The notes beneath the pieces are model-generated. The model saw only the letters and a list, made by a program, of their open reading frames with translations. It ran no database searches and was not told where the DNA came from. Of a stretch of 64,000 nucleotides of DNA, positions 58,148 through 64,000 are shown piece by piece (positions within the stretch are counted from its first letter, which is position 1; every line of letters begins with the position of its first letter). The stretch spans positions 3,715-67,714 of the forward strand of contig JBBTWJ010000005.1 of assembly GCA_038062895.1 (NCBI GenBank). The letters are read 5' to 3'. The position numbers and the translations under genes are program-made. Source of the DNA: Patescibacteria group bacterium (GTDB lineage Bacteria > Patescibacteriota > Microgenomatia > UBA10105 > UBA927).

Positions 58148-58923
58148 AAAAACGGTACTCGAAATATTCCCAACCGGTACATCCCCCAACTCCAAACTCC
58201 CATAACCGGACCGACTACACCAACAACTGCCAAAATCCGCCAAAGATCAAGCTTGAGTCCGAACCGGAGCGTAAGATACCCAAGCGTCAGCTTCCAAAAA
58301 AAGAGTGTCGTGCTCACGACCAGAAATAACACGCTAAACCCCGTGCCCGCAATACTCGCGGTCCTTGGTGGGGGCAGCAATATATAGAGAAGCGAGGTCA
58401 TAAAAAACCAACAAACCGTGGGAAGCATCGTATATCCCCAACCAACCGCAATTCCTTTCATTGTCCCCTTCCCGCCGAACTGCTTCCCCACAAGCCAAAC
58501 CACACAGACAACAAGCATATAGGTCACCAGTGCGGCGACGGCCAGCACGACCGCGTGCTTAGAGAGAAGAAAGGGTCGAAACGCTGCGACTTTGACCAGG
58601 CTTGCAAGAGAAAAGTAGACGATGGCCAACGCTGCGACATACACAAGCTCCCACGCGCCTCCCTTGCCTACAACCTTGCGATACGTTTCGTATGGACGGA
58701 CTACGAGACCAATGGTGGTACGACCAAATGCGATACCGGACATGATGAGCTGATCAAGCATAGTATGAAAAAGTAGTGGTATGAAGTTAGTCGAAGGATA
58801 AGGGCTAAAACCCGCGGTTAAAATCCTCTTTGGAGGAGAGTAACAAGAAGGGTGATGGTTGAACCGATCAGGAAGTACAGGATAAGCACACATGCCGCAG
58901 CCGACAAAACAAAATACGGCCAT
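58144..58923 (-). CDS. Yip1-family membrane protein
   Basis: 5 TM with a Yip1-like topology. The start may be the Met at 58761. Confidence 0.6.
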   Translation of the reverse strand: MAVFCFVGCGMCAYPVLPDRFNHHPSCYSPPKRILTAGFSPYPSTNFIPLLFHTMLDQLIMSGIAFGRTTIGLVVRPYETYRKVVGKGGAWELVYVAALAIVYFSLASLVKVAAFRPFLLSKHAVVLAVAALVTYMLVVCVVWLVGKQFGGKGTMKGIAVGWGYTMLPTVCWFFMTSLLYILLPPPRTASIAGTGFSVLFLVVSTTLFFWKLTLGYLTLRFGLKLDLWRILAVVGVVGPVMGVWSWGMYRLGIFRVPFL

Positions 58924-59048
58924 GGCATAACTTTCAGCCTGCGGATAAACGATTTATAGACAGGCGTGAACGGTCCCAACGTCTGTGGGGGGAGGTCTAC
59001 AACCTGCTCCCAACGGGTAAGAAATTTTTTGTAGGTGACGTCTTTCAT
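58818..59048 (-). CDS. Small membrane protein (possible anti-sigma factor)
   Basis: 76 aa with a single TM, immediately downstream of the ECF sigma factor. Confidence 0.4.
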   Translation of the reverse strand: MKDVTYKKFLTRWEQVVDLPPQTLGPFTPVYKSFIRRLKVMPWPYFVLSAAACVLILYFLIGSTITLLVTLLQRGF

Positions 59049-59126
59049 GATTTTGACGTCATTCTGGAAGCCGAAGGCTGATAGAATCTCCAGGGGATCC
59101 TATCGCTTCGCTCCAGGATGACATTT

Positions 59127-59666
59127 TTAAATAGAAAGGAATGCTTCTACGAACGCTTTTCTCGCTCGAAACAGTTGCGACTCTGCGCTTTTAAAGCTTA
59201 TGGTAAGTTTTTCTGCAATTTCTGAAACGCTAAATCCATCTGCGTATTTGAGAACGAGAACACTCTTATACATCGGCAGAAGCCGACCCAAGGCTCTATA
59301 AATTTTCTCCCGAAGCAGGCTCGCATCAAGCTCTTCCTCCGGTCCTAAAAGCGGAGCTACAAATGATTCAAGTTGCGGCACCGCAGAAAACACGACGTGA
59401 CGGATTTTCTTTCTCCTATACCAGTCAATCACCTTGTGGCTTGCGATCGCGTAAAGAAACGTCTTGAGCTTGGACGCTCCGGTAAAATCACGGATGGCCT
59501 CAAGAAACCCAAAAAGCGCATCTTGCAACACCTCTTCGGCATCATCGGGGTTGGCAATCTTCGCGCGGATAAAGAGACGAAGCTTCGGGGTATACATCCG
59601 GTAAAATACCGAAAGTGCCTGGCGATCGTGCGCGAGGATTTGAGTAATGAGTTCCTGGTCATTCAT
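59127..59666 (-). CDS. ECF-type RNA polymerase sigma factor (sigma-70 family)
   Basis: Region 2 (FYRMYTPKLRLFIRAKI...EEVLQDALFGFLEA) and a region-4 HTH (YADGFSVSEIAEKLTISFKSAESQLFRARKAF). Confidence 0.85.
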   Translation of the reverse strand: MNDQELITQILAHDRQALSVFYRMYTPKLRLFIRAKIANPDDAEEVLQDALFGFLEAIRDFTGASKLKTFLYAIASHKVIDWYRRKKIRHVVFSAVPQLESFVAPLLGPEEELDASLLREKIYRALGRLLPMYKSVLVLKYADGFSVSEIAEKLTISFKSAESQLFRARKAFVEAFLSI

Positions 59667-59697
59667 GAATTGAATGCAAAACGACTAAAAGACTATA

Positions 59698-60648
59698 TCA
59701 TGCTTGGCGGTTGAGCGCAAAACTTGCAAAGTCAGTAAGAAGCGCTCCCATGCCGACAGACGCATGAATCGCTTGGGTCGCCTGAGCCGTCTGCTTTCCA
59801 AGCTTCTTGGCCTGTGTGCGGAAAGCGTCCTCACCAACTTCACCATCAAGGAAATCATCGCGCAGTTGATATGCCTCTCCCACCGCCAGGCCGTACGGTA
59901 CAAACGATTCGAGCGTTTTCTCATCCGACCCGGCGATGCTCGCTCCGATCTGAAGAGGCCGGACGACGCTGTACCAAGCAGTTTTATAACGGTTAATCGT
60001 TGCCCTGTCGGCGCTGGGCAATCCAGCGGAGGCCAACACATCCAGGCTCTGACCCAAAATCACCTCTTGTTTCATTTTCTGATAATTTACCCACACGCTC
60101 GACCAATTCCGGGAATCCTTTGGATTCCCGGAATTAACGGCCCGGTTCATCAGTTCATCCGCCCACGCCAATGCGAGGTCGCCGGCGAGGATAGCCATGC
60201 TCTCGCCGAAACGCGAACTCCCCATCCGATTCCGGGAATCCAAAGGATTCCCGGAATCTAGCGCAACCTGCTTAAACTTTTCATGAACAGTGGGACTGCC
60301 GCGGCGCATCGCATCTTCGTCAATAATATCGTCATGGATGAGAGCAAACGACTGAAATAGTTCAATTCCCATCATGGCAGAGAGCACGTTGTCATCCCCG
60401 ACCCGATCGGGGATCCAGGTATTGCGCTGGATTCCCGCGTGCGCGGGAATGACAGACTGGTGCCCCAGCCATACCAGAAACGCCCGGGTCCGCTTGCCGC
60501 CGCGGGAGGTGAGATCGGCTATTTGGTCAACGAGTTGTATGGTCTGCGGATGGATGTTTTTCGCTTCACTGTGTTTGGTCGTAAAAAAGTGTTGAAGTTC
60601 ATGATCGACGTTCTTCTTGACATCATGAAGGGCTGTAGTGAGATCCAT
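59698..60648 (-). CDS. Polyprenyl diphosphate synthase (FPP/GGPP synthase family) carrying three translated palindromic insertions
   Basis: FARM motif LIHDDIIDEDAMRRG and SARM motif GEAYQLRDDFLD. Start at the Met MDLTTALHD; the longer ORF extension is encoded by an intergenic repeat copy. Confidence 0.9.
   Translation of the reverse strand: MDLTTALHDVKKNVDHELQHFFTTKHSEAKNIHPQTIQLVDQIADLTSRGGKRTRAFLVWLGHQSVIPAHAGIQRNTWIPDRVGDDNVLSAMMGIELFQSFALIHDDIIDEDAMRRGSPTVHEKFKQVALDSGNPLDSRNRMGSSRFGESMAILAGDLALAWADELMNRAVNSGNPKDSRNWSSVWVNYQKMKQEVILGQSLDVLASAGLPSADRATINRYKTAWYSVVRPLQIGASIAGSDEKTLESFVPYGLAVGEAYQLRDDFLDGEVGEDAFRTQAKKLGKQTAQATQAIHASVGMGALLTDFASFALNRQA
60105..60142. repeat. Palindromic element family B (14-bp arms) inside polyprenyl synthase CDS, translated NSGNPKDSRNW
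   Basis: aattccgggaatcc-ttt-ggattcccggaatt. Confidence 0.85.
60229..60262. repeat. Palindromic element family B, second copy, inside polyprenyl synthase CDS, translated DSGNPLDSRNR
   Basis: gattccgggaatcc-aaa-ggattcccggaatc. Confidence 0.85.
60427..60454. repeat. Palindromic element family A inside polyprenyl synthase CDS, translated SVIPAHAGIQ
   Basis: ctggattcccgcgtgcgcgggaatgaca. Confidence 0.85.
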
Positions 60649-60674
60649 GGGAGAAGTATACCAAATTTCATAAG

Positions 60675-60709
60675 GCCACCCCTTGCAAACGCCAAGGGGT
60701 GGCCTTGAA
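60675..60709. repeat. Perfect hairpin (copy 2), identical to 42772..42806
   Basis: aaggccaccccttgcaaacgccaaggggtggcctt. Confidence 0.75.
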
Positions 60710-60724
60710 AAACACATTTGAACT

Positions 60725-60752
60725 CTGGATTCCCGCCGTCGCGGGAATGACA
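60725..60752. repeat. Palindromic element family A, intergenic copy
   Basis: ctggattcccgccgtcgcgggaatgaca. Confidence 0.8.
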
Positions 60753-60804
60753 ATTCTTCGCATATTGTTGACAGTCGCCTTCAGCTTTCCGTACACTTAT
60801 ACTC

Positions 60805-61113
60805 ATGGAGCGTATCTTTGCCGTCGACCTTCAAAATACATCACCAACGTTTAGCGCGTATCCCACGTTCGGGGCATTAGTCACCATCATCGTGCGCAAC
60901 TCATTCGTGCTGGCTGGCATCATAAGCTTCCTGCTTTTGGTTTTCGGAGGATTTAGCGTTATAATGGCAGCAGGATCTGGCGACACGAAGGAGCTTGAGA
61001 AAGGTCAAAAGACGATCACGTATGCGATCCTGGGACTTATTCTCGTCGTCACGTCGTACTGGATCGTCCAGATTATCGAAAAAGTGTCGGGTGTCAAACT
61101 TATCACACCATAA
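60805..61113 (+). CDS. Pilin-like small membrane protein, paralog 3
   Basis: FGGFSVIMAAGSGDTKELEKGQKTITYAILGLILVVTSYWIVQII. Confidence 0.7.
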   Translation: MERIFAVDLQNTSPTFSAYPTFGALVTIIVRNSFVLAGIISFLLLVFGGFSVIMAAGSGDTKELEKGQKTITYAILGLILVVTSYWIVQIIEKVSGVKLITP

Positions 61114-61114
61114 T

Positions 61115-61492
61115 ATGTTCATGTTTACTTCTAAAATTTTTGCTCAAGGAAGCGCGGCAAACGACGTCGTCGGTAGTGTCACAAACCCCCTGGTGGCTTA
61201 CGGCAGCGTCACACAAGGGCTCATCCCGTTTTTTACCAATCTCATCCGCCTCATGTTTGTCGGAGCGGGTATATACGCCTTCATAAATTTCATTATTGCC
61301 GGATACCAGTATATGAGCGCGGGCGGCGATACCAAGGCGCTTGCTTCTGCCTGGGCGCGCATTTGGCAATCTCTGTTGGGGCTCGTCATCATCGTAGGTT
61401 CGTTTGCCCTGGCGGCACTTTTTGGATATCTTATATTCGGCAACGCGGGCTTTATTCTTAATCCGGTCATTTATGGACCGGGAGACAAATAA
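61115..61492 (+). CDS. Pilin-like small membrane protein, paralog 4
   Basis: Start at ATG 61115 just after the previous stop. IAGYQYMSAGGDTKALASAWARIWQSLLGLVIIVGSF. Confidence 0.65.
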   Translation: MFMFTSKIFAQGSAANDVVGSVTNPLVAYGSVTQGLIPFFTNLIRLMFVGAGIYAFINFIIAGYQYMSAGGDTKALASAWARIWQSLLGLVIIVGSFALAALFGYLIFGNAGFILNPVIYGPGDK

Positions 61493-61494
61493 CT

Positions 61495-61884
61495 ATGAAG
61501 GTGTTTGCTTCAGAACCACTTGGAACAATCGGGGGCGAGGGACTGGGACCCTGGGGCTTAATCGGAAAAAACCTTAGCGCTGATAACGGTGTTGCCGGAT
61601 TAAGAGCAGTTACCGCAACAATTTCCGGGGTCATCGGCGTCATGACGGTGGCTGCCGGCATCTGGTTTATCTTCCAAGTCCTCATCGGAGGCTTTTACTG
61701 GATCACATCAGCAGGCGACAAAACGAAACTCAATGAAGCACGCGACCGCATACAAAATGCGGCAATCGGACTCGTCGTCGTCGTCGCAGGATGGTCGATC
61801 CTCGCGCTCGCCGGACAATTCTTGGGGTACGATATTGTCATCAGCAATCCCGGAGAAGTAATAAAACAATTAAAAATACAATAA
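61495..61884 (+). CDS. Pilin-like small membrane protein, paralog 5
   Basis: IGGFYWITSAGDKTKLNEARDRIQNAAIGLVVVVAGWSILAL. Confidence 0.7.
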   Translation: MKVFASEPLGTIGGEGLGPWGLIGKNLSADNGVAGLRAVTATISGVIGVMTVAAGIWFIFQVLIGGFYWITSAGDKTKLNEARDRIQNAAIGLVVVVAGWSILALAGQFLGYDIVISNPGEVIKQLKIQ

Positions 61885-61893
61885 CAATTTACT

Positions 61894-61921
61894 CTGGATT
61901 CCCGCCTGCGCGGGAATGACA
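61894..61921. repeat. Palindromic element family A, copy overlapping the start region of the next pilin gene
   Basis: ctggattcccgcctgcgcgggaatgaca. Confidence 0.8.
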
Positions 61922-62266
61922 CACATGAATCGAACACTAGCTCAGCTTATCAATCCCGTCATCCCGGAGATCATCGGCAAGGGACCAGTCGAAAAAGGAA
62001 GTGTCGCCATCGGCATACTCCTCACACAAGTATTTAGCGCGCTTTTTTTATTCGCATTCATCACCGCATTTTTATATCTCATCACCGGAGCCATGCATTG
62101 GATCACAAGCGGTGGAGACAAAACCAAGCTTGAGGAAGCGAGAAACCGCATCATCCACTCAATCGTCGGCATCATCGTGGTGGCCTCATCATGGGCGATT
62201 ATCACGCTTATTGGTCAATTTATCGGATTGGATCTTGAAAATCTTCCGATCCCGACGATCAAATAG
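61916..62266 (+). CDS. Pilin-like small membrane protein, paralog 6
   Basis: TGAMHWITSGGDKTKLEEARNRIIHSIVGIIVVASSWAIITLI. The first ATG lies inside the repeat; the true start may be the ATG at 61925. Confidence 0.7.
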   Translation: MTHMNRTLAQLINPVIPEIIGKGPVEKGSVAIGILLTQVFSALFLFAFITAFLYLITGAMHWITSGGDKTKLEEARNRIIHSIVGIIVVASSWAIITLIGQFIGLDLENLPIPTIK

Positions 62267-62354
62267 ACCTAACCGTCTATTGACAAACAGCGTCCATTTG
62301 CAGAACAATAAGAAAGAGGATATAATCGATACTAGCTGATAAAGGAGGATCCAT

Positions 62355-62699
62355 ATGTTTGAACAAATTTTTGCCGCAGGAGAACCAACAATAACAATTT
62401 CCCGGGACAGAGCACAGTTTTTCAAAATCCAAAATTTGGGCGAGCTCATCAGTGCCGCTGTGGGCGCACTCTTGGTCATTGCCGCTCTCCTTGCGTTTTT
62501 CTTTCTTATCCTGGGTGGCATCCAGTGGATCACCTCCGGTGGAGATAAAACCGGCATGGAAGCAGCCCGCAATAAAATTACTCACGCCGTCGTGGGTCTC
62601 GTGATCGTCGGAGCCGCTTGGGCCATCATGATCCTCGTCCAGAACTTCCTGGGCGTCACGATCATCGGCGACACACTTACGCTTCCCAAGCCATTCTAA
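62355..62699 (+). CDS. Pilin-like small membrane protein, paralog 7
   Basis: Strong SD aaaggagg 6 nt upstream. LGGIQWITSGGDKTGMEAARNKITHAVVGLVIVGAAWAIMIL. Confidence 0.75.
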   Translation: MFEQIFAAGEPTITISRDRAQFFKIQNLGELISAAVGALLVIAALLAFFFLILGGIQWITSGGDKTGMEAARNKITHAVVGLVIVGAAWAIMILVQNFLGVTIIGDTLTLPKPF

Positions 62700-62787
62700 C
62701 AACTACGTGATGGGTGAATGAGGGATGAGTCAATACCATAACACTTCTGGACTTTGTTCTATAAACCCGCGATAATACAAGTATCGT

Positions 62788-63177
62788 ATGACTCGCAAAG
62801 CGTTTCCCTCATTCTATTATTCTCTTATTCCATTATTCGTTTATTTCTTTATTAGCTTGTCGCCCGTCAATGCCGCCCCGTGGGGCGGGTGTGTCATTGA
62901 GGAGGCGGCAACCCTCCAGTGTCTCGTCCCCATGTTTGAGCGCATCGTGCAGGGAATTCTTGCACTCTCCGGCGTTGCGCTCTTTGTGATGCTGGTCATC
63001 GGCGGATACAATTTTCTCCTCTCGGGAGGCGACCAAAAAAAGCTCGAGACGGCCCGTAGCACAATCACCACGGCGATCTTGGGGCTCGTGATCATGGTGA
63101 TTGCCTACCTCATCATCAAAACCATCGCAAACTTTACCGGTGTCCAGTCCGTCACTCAATTTAATATTCCGCAGTAG
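62788..63177 (+). CDS. Pilin-like small membrane protein, paralog 8
   Basis: IGGYNFLLSGGDQKKLETARSTITTAILGLVIMVIAYLII, with a Cys pair in the N-terminal region. Confidence 0.7.
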   Translation: MTRKAFPSFYYSLIPLFVYFFISLSPVNAAPWGGCVIEEAATLQCLVPMFERIVQGILALSGVALFVMLVIGGYNFLLSGGDQKKLETARSTITTAILGLVIMVIAYLIIKTIANFTGVQSVTQFNIPQ

Positions 63178-63209
63178 AAATAGAAACAAAGAGTGCCTAT
63201 ACTTATCGT

Positions 63210-64000
63210 ATGAAATCGTTTTTCGTTTCACTCTCGATTCTCATCTTCGCCTCGCTGTTCGGTCTGACCGTCTTGGCCAAACCCGTCCACGCCGCATCCT
63301 GGGCCATGCCCGGCGTCAACGATCTCCTTGATGCTATGTTTAAAACCGAAAACGGGGGAGTTAACGCAAATGGAGCTAATGTATTTGCCGGAAGAACCCA
63401 GATGACATGGCTAGTATGCGAAATCCTAGGATGCACTGATAAACTCGATGCCATTGGAGGCCCTGCAGTATTTCATTATAACAATAGCGCGGTCGCCGGA
63501 ATGGGGAACGCTATTGCAGGGCTTTATGATAAACCTCCTGCGTCAACGTATGCATTTGCCATTGAAGTGGGAGAAACTCTTGGGTTTATTCCTAAACAAA
63601 CATACGCTCAGGGCGTTGGATTCGCCGGCCTCCGACCGCTTTTGGGTATCTGGAAGGTGTTCCGAAACATCGCATACGGCATCATCGCTATCATCATCGT
63701 TATTGTTGGATTTATGGTCATGCTCCGGACGAAAATTGATCCTAAAACTGTCGTGTCCGTACAAAACGCCATACCAAAAATCGTCTGGGCGCTCATCCTT
63801 GTCACGTTTTCCTACGCCATTGTAGGATTTCTCATTGACATTATGTATGTACTTATGCTGCTTCTCGCAAACCTACTCATCGCCCCTTATAGCGAACTTT
63901 ATACTAATTGGGCGAACGCACAAAAATTCGTCTTCGTTCCGACAAATTGGGTCGATCAATTATTCCCCACCACAGCGGATAAATTTATCTCTAGTGGTTT
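63210..64000 (+). CDS. Secreted/polytopic membrane protein (partial; possibly VirB6/TrbL-like, accompanying the pilin array)
   Basis: ATG at 63210 with an uninterrupted frame to the window end. Signal peptide MKSFFVSLSILIFASLFGLTVLAKPVHA and several later TM helices. Absent from the ORF track because there is no stop within the window. Confidence 0.6.
   Translation, partial: MKSFFVSLSILIFASLFGLTVLAKPVHAASWAMPGVNDLLDAMFKTENGGVNANGANVFAGRTQMTWLVCEILGCTDKLDAIGGPAVFHYNNSAVAGMGNAIAGLYDKPPASTYAFAIEVGETLGFIPKQTYAQGVGFAGLRPLLGIWKVFRNIAYGIIAIIIVIVGFMVMLRTKIDPKTVVSVQNAIPKIVWALILVTFSYAIVGFLIDIMYVLMLLLANLLIAPYSELYTNWANAQKFVFVPTNWVDQLFPTTADKFISSG

Noticed and set aside
59698-60753. Longer polyprenyl synthase ORF starting at 60753 (MSFPRRRESRVQ...)
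   Set aside because: The N-terminal extension is encoded by an intergenic copy of the family-A palindrome (SFPRRRESRV is its frame-2 reading). The conserved protein begins at MDLTTALHD (60648). The same peptide appears in the spurious ORF 61695..61937.
60995-61492. Pilin paralog 4 ORF beginning at 60995 (MRKVKRRSRMRSWDL...)
   Set aside because: The first 40 codons overlap the preceding pilin gene in another frame and are Arg/Ser-rich. The ATG at 61115, directly after the upstream stop, gives a protein congruent with the other paralogs.
60427-61921. Possible CRISPR array suggested by repeated ctggattcccgc..gcgggaatgaca units
   Set aside because: Copies are separated by ~300 bp and ~1.2 kb, not by regular 30-40-bp spacers. 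Two lie inside or at the start of protein-coding genes and one is translated. There is no cas gene. They are better explained as a dispersed palindromic (MITE/RPE-like) element family.
63101-63454. Small ORFs 63101..63331 (+) and 63203..63454 (-)
   Set aside because: They are superseded by a long open frame starting at ATG 63210 (signal peptide plus TM protein) that runs to the window end and is missing from the ORF track because it has no stop.

Overview
This 64 kb window looks like chromosomal DNA from a small-genome bacterium, possibly a CPR/Patescibacteria-like organism. That placement is inferred from the pilin-like paralog arrays, the reduced metabolic content and the archaeal-type mevalonate genes; it is not proven. 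It is gene-dense, with about 90 CDSs, 7 tRNAs and a tmRNA (ssrA) next to smpB. Recognisable housekeeping genes are typA/bipA, hflX, the dnaG-rpoD pair, trmO/tsaA, surE and uppS. Among the seven tRNAs are four tRNA-Ser isoacceptors.

The main findings are:
- A complete mevalonate/isoprenoid operon runs on the minus strand from ~49.8 to 60.6 kb: archaeal-type thiolase, DUF35 scaffold, HMG-CoA synthase, HMG-CoA reductase, two GHMP kinases (one fused to an IPP isomerase type 1), diphosphomevalonate decarboxylase, UppS and a polyprenyl synthase. Its genes carry in-frame, translated palindromic repeat elements (ORF-invading MITE/RPE-like) and heptanucleotide tandem repeats inside their coding sequences. 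Its intergenic spacers are built from recurring inverted-repeat modules.
- Eight paralogous pilin-like small membrane proteins sit in two arrays.
- A PaaX-family regulator is bracketed by three copies of a 38-bp palindrome.
- A low-GC island lies next to tRNA-Asn, with a GIY-YIG gene bracketed by tRNA-derived direct repeats.
- A RelE/Phd toxin-antitoxin pair and a Fic protein are present.
- Two aldo/keto reductase paralogs differ by a 24-bp in-frame deletion.
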